Source: a virus (lineage: Duplodnaviria; Caudoviricetes). From it: a stretch of DNA of 64,000 nucleotides. Positions 1 to 9,778 of this stretch are shown here, one piece after another (within the stretch, counting starts at the first letter, position 1; the number at the start of each line of letters is the position of its first letter). The notes beneath the pieces are model-generated. The model ran no database searches. It had not been told where the DNA came from and saw only the letters and a list, made by a program, of their open reading frames with translations. The position numbers and the translations under genes are program-made. The stretch spans positions 29,724 through 93,723 of the IMG/VR virus record IMGVR_UViG_3300030061_004132. The stretch is one strand, 5' to 3'.

Positions 1-988
1 CTTGCACCGGAGCTAGCCAAGGTGCCATTTTCTCTTGCATGGTGCCCGGCAAGAATCCTATATCCCTGCCCATTGGCATCACGGGTCTAGACACAACAAG
101 ACGTTTATAAGGGCTGCCAAACCCTTTATTGTTTTTAATTTTTTCCTTAATATTCCTGTTTAGTAACACCTGCTCCAGGCCAGCAGCTATAGCAATTAAA
201 GTTTTGCCCGAGCCTGCTTTTCCAATAAGAGACACAACCTGAACATCCGGGTCCATAAGGAGATCCAACGCAAACATCTGCTCCTTATTCCTTGCCTTAA
301 CACCCCATACACCATCTTTTTGTTCGTTTACTTTGGTTAAGCTAGAATTATAACCTTCAAATCTTGACAGTGCTGTTTTCTTATCGTTGGAACTGGACAC
401 GAGCATAACAAATTGGTTCGGGCAGAGGCCTGGGTGGTCCTCCTTATCTAGGGTGACTGGCCCGTCATTATAAAATAGGTCTATCGTCTGATCATCGACC
501 AGACAGGTAGCCAACCCAGAATATAAATCAGATTCCTTTTTAATCGCCTGGTTCTCGGTGTAGTCTTCACTTGAAACACCTATAGAATCACATATGACCC
601 TCATATTAATATCGCGGCTGACTAAGATCGTTTTCCTATTACTGGAGGCTAGCTCCTCGCTCAGGGCTGTAGATATTATCATATGATCCGCTACACTCGG
701 GTCTAGATCCCCAGGTAATTTGTTCGCAGAGTGCTTTGCTATACTTAAAACACCCTTACCTTTGGCAATACGAACACCATTTTGTAAAGCCCCTTTTGAA
801 CGAAGATCATCTAGCTCCCGAATAATTTTTCTGGCATTTGCGCCGGCGCTATCCTGTCTCTTCTTATGTTTGTCTATTTCTTCTAGAACTTTAAGTGGCA
901 ATATTATATCATTGTTGCCGTAATTAAAGATGCAATTTGCATCCGTTAAACATACGCTTGTGTCTAGAATGTAGTTTTTCTTGGCCAT
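1..988 (-). CDS. phoH: PIN-domain PhoH-family ATPase (runs off the left edge)
   Basis: Manual translation from ATG at 988: MAKKNYILDTSVCLTD... (PIN LDT motif), later GKAGSGKT Walker A and GFLPG. Not in the ORF track because it is truncated. Confidence 0.9.
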   Translation of the reverse strand, partial: MAKKNYILDTSVCLTDANCIFNYGNNDIILPLKVLEEIDKHKKRQDSAGANARKIIRELDDLRSKGALQNGVRIAKGKGVLSIAKHSANKLPGDLDPSVADHMIISTALSEELASSNRKTILVSRDINMRVICDSIGVSSEDYTENQAIKKESDLYSGLATCLVDDQTIDLFYNDGPVTLDKEDHPGLCPNQFVMLVSSSNDKKTALSRFEGYNSSLTKVNEQKDGVWGVKARNKEQMFALDLLMDPDVQVVSLIGKAGSGKTLIAIAAGLEQVLLNRNIKEKIKNNKGFGSPYKRLVVSRPVMPMGRDIGFLPGTMQEKMAPWLAPVQ

Positions 989-1095
989 TAAAACTTATTC
1001 CTTAAAAAAAGTGAGGCACCTGTGTTTAAAGACCTTGTGCCTCCCTGCGGTCGGGGGGGTTCTTTATAAAAAGTTATTTCTTTGCCAAGAGTCTT

Positions 1096-1124
1096 ATATA
1101 TACCACGCTTGTGTATATTTGTCA
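1096..1124 (-). promoter_or_regulatory. sigma70-type promoter upstream of phoH
   Basis: TTGACA-N17-TATATA on the minus strand. Confidence 0.65.
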
Positions 1125-1144
1125 AGACTCTACCGACAAAAATA

Positions 1145-1333
1145 TTATTTTTTTCCATCAATCCTCTCTTCATAGCAATCCAATAGATCAAGAACTTCGG
1201 CTACATCAAGCAACTCGGTTTCTGTGATTAATGCAAAAAGAGTTAAGACAAATGCGGATGTGGCTGCACCGAACGCCACTCCAGATAAAAATACAGATTG
1301 TTTTCTAATAAAAATGATTAATTTTTTAATCAT
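1145..1333 (-). CDS. small membrane protein
   Basis: One hydrophobic segment; ACTAATTA late motif at 1351-1358 upstream. Confidence 0.55.
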   Translation of the reverse strand: MIKKLIIFIRKQSVFLSGVAFGAATSAFVLTLFALITETELLDVAEVLDLLDCYEERIDGKK

Positions 1334-1365
1334 ATCACACTCACTAATATTAATTAGTTCTCCTA

Positions 1366-1734
1366 TTAAGAATCGTTATATTCTTTCAACAAAAGGTGTG
1401 TGTAGTGTTTTTGGTCGCGGGCAGTTTTTATTCGATGGCAGTTGGCACACCTGACCTCACATTTGGCCGCTTCTTCTAGAATACTATCCCAGCTATATTC
1501 CTTTCTGAGCAAGGAACTGACATTATATTTTTTATTATTTAAATGGTCAAAATCAAGCACTCTCGGGTCTGATTCTCCACAATCAACACACGGGTGACTT
1601 TTATAAAATTCCATCATCTTTCTTTTTATTTGTTCACGCCTAGCTTTCCTCGCTGGCTCGTTATAACTGCTGGTTGACAAAGAATCCCCCTGGTTCTGGT
1701 CACCGTAACACATTGAGCAGAAAAAAACAACCAA
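1366..1734 (-). CDS. HNH endonuclease-like protein (true start probably downstream, about 1680)
   Basis: CVDCGE...LDFDH...KCEVRCANCHRIKT pattern. Confidence 0.8.
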   Translation of the reverse strand: MVVFFCSMCYGDQNQGDSLSTSSYNEPARKARREQIKRKMMEFYKSHPCVDCGESDPRVLDFDHLNNKKYNVSSLLRKEYSWDSILEEAAKCEVRCANCHRIKTARDQKHYTHLLLKEYNDS

Positions 1735-2520
1735 CTAACCAACAAACGCTCTTTCATAAGCATATTCTTTGAGTTGTCTTCCAGAACTGTGACTCATATT
1801 GTATTCGGCTAATATATCACCAATATCCTTAACCACGGGCAATGAACCACATATCATCACCCGGTCGGAATCAGGGTTTAAGAGTGGTATGTTTAAATCA
1901 TTAAATAATTTTTTATTTTTAATCAATTCTGTTATTCGACCGTATTTTACTTTCTCGGATAAATCCTTTTCTTGTGTTGTAGTTTGATAGCACACCAGTT
2001 TAGTTAACGCATGTTCGCCACATAAAGGATCTCGATGTATTAACTTCATTAGATCTGTTCCATAGGCTAAGTCCTCCAATTGTCGACATGTGTGTGTCAA
2101 TACTATTTGGTCAAACCCTTCGTATGTGTCTGGGTCTCTCAAAATGCTAGCAAAAGGAGCTATTCCGGTGCCTGTAGAAAACAAGAACAAACGTTTTCCA
2201 GGAAGAATATCCCAAGGTGTGAGATTGCCCACTGCTTTAGCGCCCAACAATATATTATCATTTACTTTTATATGCTGTAATTTTGACGTTAGGGGGCCGT
2301 CTGGTATTTTAATGGAGTAGAACTCCAACTCTTCGTCAAAAGGGCCGCTAGCTATGGAGTAGGCCCTCATAAGAGGTTCATTATTTACCTCAAGCCCAAG
2401 CATGATAAACTGACCTGGTTTGAATCGAAGTGTCTCGGGGCGTGTGATCTTAAATGAAAAAAGACTATCTGTGTAGTGTCTCACACCAGTTACTTTTTCT
2501 ACACTCGATGGCTTTGCCAT
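1735..2520 (-). CDS. fpr: ferredoxin--NADP+ reductase
   Basis: RAYSIAS, GPLTSKL, TGTGIAPF and MICGS motifs; C-terminal ERAFVG. Confidence 0.93.
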   Translation of the reverse strand: MAKPSSVEKVTGVRHYTDSLFSFKITRPETLRFKPGQFIMLGLEVNNEPLMRAYSIASGPFDEELEFYSIKIPDGPLTSKLQHIKVNDNILLGAKAVGNLTPWDILPGKRLFLFSTGTGIAPFASILRDPDTYEGFDQIVLTHTCRQLEDLAYGTDLMKLIHRDPLCGEHALTKLVCYQTTTQEKDLSEKVKYGRITELIKNKKLFNDLNIPLLNPDSDRVMICGSLPVVKDIGDILAEYNMSHSSGRQLKEYAYERAFVG

Positions 2521-2542
2521 ATAAACTCCGTTTATTAAAAAA

Positions 2543-2893
2543 TGGAGACGGCGGGAGTTGAACCCGCGTCCGGAACAATTTTCAATTCAAGTCATTCACA
2601 GGCTTGTCTGATTAACCCAACCAGAGGGGCTGCTACAAAAAACCCGCTTCCTATGTAGCCTCAGAAGTCCACCCACTGTAAGTGGGGTAACCATTGTGAT
2701 TTTTTTATTTTCGCAGGAATCAACCTGTTATCTTAGGTTGGGTATCAAGGTCCTAAGAAACCCCGCGATTATGCCGCTAAGGCAAGTTCGAAGTGATTAT
2801 TGTTATTGGCAATTATCAAATGGTTTGATTTTAAAGTCTCACGACTGCCTGCACTATCCTCTTCTATTCCCCCGTCGAATCCTGAACGTCCCC
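2543..2893 (-). ncRNA. ssrA: tmRNA; tag peptide (A)NNNNHFELALAA at 2769-2810
   Basis: 5' GGGGACGTTCAGGATTCGAC; 3' GGACGCGGGTTCAACTCCCGCCGTCTCCA; resume codon after ATAATT and an ...ALAA* tag. Confidence 0.95.
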
Positions 2894-2897
2894 GTAA

Positions 2898-3053
2898 CTA
2901 AGCCATGCTCAATGTTGTAACAACCACACCAAAAGCATCAGCAATTTTAAAATATACACCACCCCACGCAGTCATAATAAGACCAAACATAACACTGGAA
3001 ATCATGCCGTACTCGATGGCTGTAGCACCTTCTTCATTATTGATAAAATTCAT
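2898..3053 (-). CDS. flp: Flp/Fap family type IVb pilin
   Basis: EEGATAIEYG prepilin motif followed by a hydrophobic helix; SD AGGGAGG before ATG 3053. Confidence 0.85.
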   Translation of the reverse strand: MNFINNEEGATAIEYGMISSVMFGLIMTAWGGVYFKIADAFGVVVTTLSMA

Positions 3054-3111
3054 ATCTAAACCCTCCCTTAGGTTAGTCATCTAAGTAGCCTGTGGTATAT
3101 TCAAAAGCAAT

Positions 3112-3318
3112 TTATTTATTGAAGTATTTTCTTATGTTTTTAAACCAAAATAAATCAAATATAAAATATAAAATAGTTGATATAATATTAAGAATAATAA
3201 CCAATTCTATTGATTTTAGATATTGACCAATATACCAATATGTTATAAAAAAACTAATTGGAATAGCTATAGTAAATCTCCAAATTAGTGATTTTATTAA
3301 AGCTTCTTTTCTTGTCAT
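3112..3318 (-). CDS. small two-TM membrane protein (DUF2061-like), extremely AT-rich
   Basis: TRKEALIKSLIWR N-terminus, two hydrophobic helices. Confidence 0.6.
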   Translation of the reverse strand: MTRKEALIKSLIWRFTIAIPISFFITYWYIGQYLKSIELVIILNIISTILYFIFDLFWFKNIRKYFNK

Positions 3319-3358
3319 CCTCCCCCCTTCAAGAAAATAGCTCTATATGTCAAGTCTG

Positions 3359-3709
3359 TCAAGGCTGTTTTTTTGTAAAAAATGATTCAATGTCATATTT
3401 TTTCATCAATTTTCCGAAATCAACAGGCTTAAGTCCCAAAAATCTCATAGCTTCACCCTTTGTTTTAGTGGCAGACACAGCGTATTTTAGCACTGACTCT
3501 TTTATGATATGGTTTAAGCTGTGCCAAATGGGCAAACCATACAACCTGTTACCAACAGATCGTGATGATATCTCTAATTTTAAAGCTATTATCTCTTCCA
3601 ACGATAGGTTACTCAGCATCATTTCTAATCTATCGTCAGATTTGTTCTCTTTTCTGAGGGTTTTAGAAACATTATAATGTTTGGTGGTTGACCTTCTGTT
3701 ATTATTCAC
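3359..3709 (-). CDS. putative Fis-like HTH DNA-binding protein
   Basis: C-terminal TKGEAMRFLGLKPVDFGKLMKKY resembles a Fis HTH. Confidence 0.55.
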   Translation of the reverse strand: MNNNRRSTTKHYNVSKTLRKENKSDDRLEMMLSNLSLEEIIALKLEISSRSVGNRLYGLPIWHSLNHIIKESVLKYAVSATKTKGEAMRFLGLKPVDFGKLMKKYDIESFFTKKQP

Positions 3710-5265
3710 TTCTTGCTCTTTCCTCTGTTGCTAGTATAAGGCTCGGCTAGATCTCCCCGCCTTCTTAGATTCAGAGGTCCAGGAACACCCAGAGAAAGCT
3801 GGGGGACTGCTGTGCCCAAGTGATCATGCTGCCTCCCAGTAGTTGCTGGGGAGTAGTTTTTAATCACATAATCATCTCCCACAAGGTCGTCAGACAATTT
3901 CTGTGGAAACAGATCCTTGGATCCTCCAACGTCACTAACCATAATCATACTAACAGAAGATCCATCATCCACTTTAGCACCATAATTATTAACAATAAAG
4001 TTTATAGCGTCTCCAGCTTTTAACCTTAGAATTAAACATATGCAATTTGACTGCGTATCTTGAGCGGAATCCTTCCAGTGTTGATGTGTAAAATGTGTAG
4101 AACCATTTATGGTAATTTTTAAATCACTCAATGAATTAGCAGCACCGGTCCCAGCCGCCGTACTGCCCAAAACAAGAGTCACCAGGTAATCTCCAGCGCT
4201 GTCAACCGTTAATGAACCGTCAGCAGCGGTATGGGTTACACCTGTAGCTGTGACTCGATCTGTCAAATTAAGACTGCTATAGTTATCCTCATCAAAGATA
4301 GCTTTATCCCCAGAATCTGTCGCCAATACAGTACTATCGGTCTGCACAGATCCACAGAAAAAAGCCCTTGGGTCTACACCGTTATTTGATATATCAATAA
4401 AAGAAAAAGACGTTCCTGCCTCAAGCTCAAACTCCCGAGCAGTGGAGGAGGATTGGTCGCGCTGAACAGTGGCGTACTCATCATCTTCGACTTCGGCTAT
4501 CAATGAATATGTGCTGCATACCGGAGTTCTCGCCACAGTGGAACCAGCGGTTAAGTCATCGATAGATGAGCCATCAATTGTTAATTTATGCTGGAGATCA
4601 AATATCGTGGCCTCATCTCCTTCATGAATCATTGTTGAAAAATATAAAAACTTCCTTGTAGCGGAAGGACTGAACCGCCCGTTTGTATTGTCATAAACAA
4701 CGCCATTTACTTTTGAGGCAACCACGCCACCTTCGTTGCTTCCGCCAGATGTGTGAAATAAAGCATAATTATCAAGAGTGTCTTGAACATCAGCTTTTGT
4801 AGTATAAATTGCGCTAGAATAATGGCCTTTTGTCTTTAAAGCGGTAAAATAACACCCTAACGCCGTAAAACTAGTAGCGTCGGAGCCCTCATGTGTACAT
4901 GTGATAATATCGCCAGCCTCTATTGTTGCTATGATATGTATGATACACTGCTCAGGTTCAAAGTCGTCTAGCAATAAGAGTGGCTCGTGTTCAACGATAT
5001 TTGTGCCATTTTGTTTTATACGCAATGCGGCGGTTTTATCATCAGCACCTACACCACAGTTTGCAGCAAAAACAAGAAAGTAGTCGCCCTCACCGTGGAA
5101 GGTTATTTCTCCAGTGCTACTATCATAGGATATATCAGGACTCCCAACTTGATCAAAATCATAAGAACTATGATTATCCTGATCAAAAATATTTTTTTCA
5201 CCGGTTCCAGCCGTGGAGGCCGATTTTGTGAAAACAGAAAAATATGAGTGATAGTCTAAAGCCAT
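3706..5265 (-). CDS. virion structural protein with repeated C1q/TNF-like beta-sandwich modules
   Basis: Acidic, S/T/G-rich; repeated IFD..N.S...G.(I/L)T....GDY(F/L)(L/V) units. Confidence 0.55.
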   Translation of the reverse strand: MALDYHSYFSVFTKSASTAGTGEKNIFDQDNHSSYDFDQVGSPDISYDSSTGEITFHGEGDYFLVFAANCGVGADDKTAALRIKQNGTNIVEHEPLLLLDDFEPEQCIIHIIATIEAGDIITCTHEGSDATSFTALGCYFTALKTKGHYSSAIYTTKADVQDTLDNYALFHTSGGSNEGGVVASKVNGVVYDNTNGRFSPSATRKFLYFSTMIHEGDEATIFDLQHKLTIDGSSIDDLTAGSTVARTPVCSTYSLIAEVEDDEYATVQRDQSSSTAREFELEAGTSFSFIDISNNGVDPRAFFCGSVQTDSTVLATDSGDKAIFDEDNYSSLNLTDRVTATGVTHTAADGSLTVDSAGDYLVTLVLGSTAAGTGAANSLSDLKITINGSTHFTHQHWKDSAQDTQSNCICLILRLKAGDAINFIVNNYGAKVDDGSSVSMIMVSDVGGSKDLFPQKLSDDLVGDDYVIKNYSPATTGRQHDHLGTAVPQLSLGVPGPLNLRRRGDLAEPYTSNRGKSKK

Positions 5266-5274
5266 TGCCGCCTC

Positions 5275-6078
5275 CTATATTTCTGGGAGTTCCTCGACTC
5301 CCGGCACATTGTCCAACTCCGCTTTTTCGCCAGGTGTGGAATATTCGGCAGGAGTCTCTGGTTCTTCCTCGGGGGCCGGTGATAGCTCTTCTTCAAAACG
5401 ATCAAAATATAACTTAAAGTTTAGTAAAAGAAAATCTTTAAATACTTGTCTCTCTGATTGATTATCCATGGCTGCAACTTTACTGTCTGCATCAAGTTTA
5501 GAGTATTCATTTTCAATTTGATTTTTAATTTGTTGAAAAGTTGTATAAGCAGCATTACGACCGGTTTTATCTAATTCACTATCATCCAATCCAAGAGCAA
5601 ATTCTTCCTCTGGTGGTAGCTCATCGTCTTCAGCAGGTTCGTCATCGTCGTATATATCAATAAATCCTGGGGTGTCCTCGTCCCCAATATTTAAATCGAT
5701 ATCTTCACTTAAACCTTTTTTATCCGAAAGGACAGAATCAGGATCTGCGTCGAGGGTTCTTATTAAATTTTCTATTGCATTTAATATATGCTTTCTAAAA
5801 GACACTCTTTGGTCTTGTGATGTCGTTAATTCTTTATAATCCTCTTCCACACTAGGAACAATTTTTTTTAATAGGTCTTTAAGAAAATTTACAGCCGTTA
5901 TATCATAAGGTGCGGTTGGGCTACCGCCAATCGCTATAGCTTCATTGATGCGTCCCCTGATATATCTTCGCAGGATGTTTTCGTTAATTTTTCGCTCACG
6001 AATAGATTTTAAGATGCTGTGCTGGACAGCTTTTCTAAATCTTATTTCTTCTAATAATTCAAACCTATTTATCGGCAT
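5275..6078 (-). CDS. acidic hypothetical protein (head core/scaffold-like)
   Basis: Likely start MPINRFELLEE at 6078; E/D-rich with several L/I-x-E sites. Confidence 0.6.
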   Translation of the reverse strand: MPINRFELLEEIRFRKAVQHSILKSIRERKINENILRRYIRGRINEAIAIGGSPTAPYDITAVNFLKDLLKKIVPSVEEDYKELTTSQDQRVSFRKHILNAIENLIRTLDADPDSVLSDKKGLSEDIDLNIGDEDTPGFIDIYDDDEPAEDDELPPEEEFALGLDDSELDKTGRNAAYTTFQQIKNQIENEYSKLDADSKVAAMDNQSERQVFKDFLLLNFKLYFDRFEEELSPAPEEEPETPAEYSTPGEKAELDNVPGVEELPEI

Positions 6079-6388
6079 TTTTATTTTTCCTCTTTTTAGC
6101 TGGTCGTGCCGGTGATATTGCCACGGCCCCACCTGCCATGGTGGACATCTCTTCAAGAACGTTTAGCTTTTCTTCTAAAACAGTCACTCTTTCTTGGAGC
6201 TTTCTATGTTTTTTCCTAATTTCTCTCAAGTGTGACTTAGCAACCTCGACCATGTTTTTGTCTCTCTGAGACCCAGGCCGGAGTTTACTCAGAGCCTCTC
6301 CCAAGGATTGAATATACGCCATTGTGGAGGGTGTTTTTTTCTCCTCCCCCAAAAGAAACTGCCTAGTCATTTTGTTTAAATCAATCAT
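6065..6388 (-). CDS. coiled-coil hypothetical protein
   Basis: ORF track; coupled to neighbours. Confidence 0.6.
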   Translation of the reverse strand: MIDLNKMTRQFLLGEEKKTPSTMAYIQSLGEALSKLRPGSQRDKNMVEVAKSHLREIRKKHRKLQERVTVLEEKLNVLEEMSTMAGGAVAISPARPAKKRKNKNADK

Positions 6389-6394
6389 ATTTAT

Positions 6395-7138
6395 TTACCC
6401 GTTGTTAACAATTGTTTCTATATAAGCTTTAAGTTCGGACATGGTTTTGTCTTTTTCCTCTTCGCTTCCTAAATTCACAACCGTCCCGCCATCATCAGCA
6501 GGCTGTGCTGCTTCTGGGGCGTACTCCGACGCTGCTTGTTCTAAACTCTCAACATCATCACCCTTGGTGGGCTCCTTGCCAGACGTGAACAGACCTAACG
6601 CTCCCATCATATAGGGGACTGCCTCTGTAAAACGAGAATCCTTACTAGCTAATTGTTTAACTGTGGAATCTATAAGTGGTTTTTTTGCTTGGAGAGTGGC
6701 TCTTAATTTATTAGCTTCTTTGCCACCTTTTGCTACATATCCCGTTAATCTAGCTACTTGAGCAGCATATTTACCCGCTTTTGGGATTAAATCACCAATA
6801 AATGGCGCAACGGCACCCGCCAAGGAAGCGGCACTAAGAAGCGCAAACAAATAAGCAAAAGTTGCCTCGTAGCCATCCCCCTCCGCTCTGAGCCTTTCGG
6901 CCTCTTGAACATACCAAATAGCATTGGCAATATCTGCCGCCTCCCCTAATTCAGGGACAATCCCAACCACGTCAAGAGCAATATGGCCAAGCTCTGAGCC
7001 GACACCCTCTTCAATATCCTCTTCAAAACAATGATCTTCGTCGATATCTCTGCTTGTCCCGCAATGAGCTTCAGAGAGGGCAAACTTCTCCATGAGAAGC
7101 CTATTAATTTCCTTGTTTTTCCATTCATGAATTTTCAT
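6395..7138 (-). CDS. protein with pre-toxin TG-like segment
   Basis: HIALDVVGIVPELGEAADIANAIWY resembles PT-TG. Confidence 0.55.
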   Translation of the reverse strand: MKIHEWKNKEINRLLMEKFALSEAHCGTSRDIDEDHCFEEDIEEGVGSELGHIALDVVGIVPELGEAADIANAIWYVQEAERLRAEGDGYEATFAYLFALLSAASLAGAVAPFIGDLIPKAGKYAAQVARLTGYVAKGGKEANKLRATLQAKKPLIDSTVKQLASKDSRFTEAVPYMMGALGLFTSGKEPTKGDDVESLEQAASEYAPEAAQPADDGGTVVNLGSEEEKDKTMSELKAYIETIVNNG

Positions 7139-7178
7139 TGCAATATTTCCTCGTATAGCGTGTATTATTAAATAGAAT

Positions 7179-8597
7179 TTAGTTTTCTTTATTGCCTATA
7201 TTAAATTTTTCCATCAAAAGACGTTTAACCTCTTGATTCTTCCATTCTTTTATGGAAGATGTGGTCTTTCTGATAATATATCTTATGCGATTGCCATTTA
7301 TAAGACCGGGATTATTTCTACCCTTGGCACTTATTTTATTTTTTGCAAATGTATCTGATAAATTGCCCCCACAAACTTCATTATTACCAATGTATATGTC
7401 ACAATGGTATTTTCCGTAATTAGATGGAATATAACAAACAATATCGTTTGGCTCATAACTATAATTTAGCTCTTCTGGGGTGAATAACTGGTACCCGTTG
7501 GCCCCACTTCTTCTATTTTTTCTAGCACGAATCATATAATCTGTATGACTAGCACTCCTGGGGAAATCATTGTCGGATCGGAAACACCAAGATATGGCCA
7601 CTGCGCTCCATGGTGTTCGAGAACTAAAACTATTTGCATTCTCTGGCGTTACTTGATTCCACCCACACCACCTCCACATAGCCGCTAAACGCTCAGCTAA
7701 TTCTGGGTCATCCTCCTTCCTACCTCCCCAAATGGCCAACTCCGCCACCGCGTCCCGTGAAGGATTCCCCGTACTAGTGAGTATATTAGAGTCCAAAGAC
7801 AGCTCAGAGCCTAGATCCTCGACACTTTCGGGCCCACGGAACGCCATGTCACCAGATACTGGCTGCCATGTGCCATCAAATTTCTTATAGAAACGACTTT
7901 TGGAGTATATCCTGTTTTTTTCTGACTCGGACATTTTTTCCCATTGTTCTACAGGAGGTATACTTAGATTGAGACCTACGTCGATCATATCAGGCTTATT
8001 TCCAATTTTACTTTTATTATTCTTATAGATTAGCGGCCACTTGTGGACATTTCCATAAAATTTACCGGATATACTTGATAAAGTGTCCCCAGATTCGACT
8101 TCATACTGTTGATTTTCTATTTCCTTGATAATAGACTCGGAGGTGACATACATTTGATAATTATCTTTATATCTTTTCTTATAATCATCCTCCCAATCCC
8201 GAAAACACATATTTCCTAATAAATAAGCCTCTTTCTCCATCTTTCTTAAGTGCGGATCCTTTTGAGCATACTGATCGCCGCCTAAACCACCGCTAAAATC
8301 AAATTGACCTTTGCAGTTCTGCATGTGATGTACTAATTCATGAGATAATGACCTCAAAACATCTTTAGGGTGTCGATTATCCACATAAACAACTATAATT
8401 TCTGTTTGTGGGTCGTAATGAGCCGTTTTTCCAAGTAATTTATACGCATTTTCCTTATCCGAAGAAAAATGTATGGTCGGAGGCCTATTAAAACCTATTC
8501 TTTTCTTTGCGAATGGTAAAAAATCATTAATAAGAGGCTTTAACTTAACAAAATTTTGATCCGACTTGTTGATTATATTAAATCTCACTTGTGACAC
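7179..8597 (-). CDS. zincin metallopeptidase + LysM + CHAP/DUF2272-like peptidoglycan-acting protein
   Basis: HELVH; YEVESGDTLSSIS...WPLIY..N (LysM); PWSAVAISW...HCDI. Confidence 0.75.
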   Translation of the reverse strand: MSQVRFNIINKSDQNFVKLKPLINDFLPFAKKRIGFNRPPTIHFSSDKENAYKLLGKTAHYDPQTEIIVVYVDNRHPKDVLRSLSHELVHHMQNCKGQFDFSGGLGGDQYAQKDPHLRKMEKEAYLLGNMCFRDWEDDYKKRYKDNYQMYVTSESIIKEIENQQYEVESGDTLSSISGKFYGNVHKWPLIYKNNKSKIGNKPDMIDVGLNLSIPPVEQWEKMSESEKNRIYSKSRFYKKFDGTWQPVSGDMAFRGPESVEDLGSELSLDSNILTSTGNPSRDAVAELAIWGGRKEDDPELAERLAAMWRWCGWNQVTPENANSFSSRTPWSAVAISWCFRSDNDFPRSASHTDYMIRARKNRRSGANGYQLFTPEELNYSYEPNDIVCYIPSNYGKYHCDIYIGNNEVCGGNLSDTFAKNKISAKGRNNPGLINGNRIRYIIRKTTSSIKEWKNQEVKRLLMEKFNIGNKEN

Positions 8598-8631
8598 CTA
8601 CAAAGAATACACTATAAATAGTCTGGTAATA

Positions 8632-8883
8632 TCAGAATACCTCTAGGTTTTTTACACTAGAAACAACAGAAAGTGAAGATAACAAAAATTCATAGTGCTG
8701 TTTGTCGGCCAAAGAATTGACTTTTGCCACTAAAACGTCGCGATTACCCATCTTTTTTTTAAAAATTCTCACTATTAGACCAATATTTTCACCTTTACCC
8801 AACGCGCTCCATGAAACTAAATCACCAACGCTAAACAAATGTTGATATTCGTGACCAAAAACGGTGTTATCAGTCTTCATCAT
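8632..8883 (-). CDS. small SH3-like hypothetical protein
   Basis: FSVGDLV motif. Confidence 0.55.
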   Translation of the reverse strand: MMKTDNTVFGHEYQHLFSVGDLVSWSALGKGENIGLIVRIFKKKMGNRDVLVAKVNSLADKQHYEFLLSSLSVVSSVKNLEVF

Positions 8884-9178
8884 CCCTTGCGTCTATTAGT
8901 TGTCTCTCAAGTTTAGCTTTTTCATATGAAACAGCCCTTATTAGGTCATCCATGAGATCGAATATTGTTCTCTTAAGGACAATGACATCAACAGCCCCAG
9001 AATTTAAGTCGCTTGCTATACCATCAGACAAACCCTGTACTAGATTTATAATTTTATCCATAGTATGAAGGTATGGCTGCATGGCTAACGTGTGTTTATC
9101 TCCATGGTAGGCCATTGTGTCATATATTTCTTTTATTTCTTGTTCAATAAGCTTATCAATTTTATCAATTGTCTTCAT
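8870..9178 (-). CDS. hypothetical protein
   Basis: ORF track; KLIEQEIKE N-terminal helix. Confidence 0.55.
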   Translation of the reverse strand: MKTIDKIDKLIEQEIKEIYDTMAYHGDKHTLAMQPYLHTMDKIINLVQGLSDGIASDLNSGAVDVIVLKRTIFDLMDDLIRAVSYEKAKLERQLIDARDDED

Positions 9179-9182
9179 TTTA

Positions 9183-9752
9183 TTATATCTCCACTATTTT
9201 TTCTGCGATTGTGAGAATTGTATCTTGCACATCAAATTGGTCTTTAAAATCAGGCGCTAAATTGACACCATCTAAAGAAATGTTTGCCTCTTTGGATAAA
9301 TTTTCTAATTTTTTTATGCTTCTCTTAGCGGCAACAGCCGGAGAAGCTGGATATTTACTAAAAAGTCTGGTTTCATTTAGTTCGCCCGCGCCGTAACGAA
9401 GGTCTTTAGTCAGACCGGACCCTGACTTTACAAAATTCTTCTTGAATCTTCTGACAGCTTCAGTTTCAACACCCTTTACGCTCGTCGTTTCTGGGTCTTC
9501 TATCGTGTCGAGTTCTTTTTCTATATCACCAACAGTGTCTTCGACATCTTCTATCTTCTCTTTTTCGCTTTTCGCAACCTTTTTGGGTTGTTTTTCTTGA
9601 GGATCTTTCTTTTTAACCTTGTCTTTTGTTTTTTTGACCGGAATATCCATCTCCCCAGCGATCATCTTCTCCATATTAGCACTAGTAAACTTGCTATTAC
9701 TAGAAGAGTAGACTTTATTCTTATCAATACCTTGTTCTTCAGCCTTTTCCAA
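9183..9752 (-). CDS. charged hypothetical protein
   Basis: ORF track. Confidence 0.5.
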   Translation of the reverse strand: MEKAEEQGIDKNKVYSSSNSKFTSANMEKMIAGEMDIPVKKTKDKVKKKDPQEKQPKKVAKSEKEKIEDVEDTVGDIEKELDTIEDPETTSVKGVETEAVRRFKKNFVKSGSGLTKDLRYGAGELNETRLFSKYPASPAVAAKRSIKKLENLSKEANISLDGVNLAPDFKDQFDVQDTILTIAEKIVEI

Positions 9753-9778
9753 AACTTTTTGGTAAAGCTGCTGTTTAG

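Noticed and set aside
988-1191. 67-aa minus-strand ORF upstream of phoH
   Set aside because: It contains a consensus sigma70 promoter for phoH and overlaps the upstream gene; probably a UTR, though the TAATG overlap leaves some doubt.
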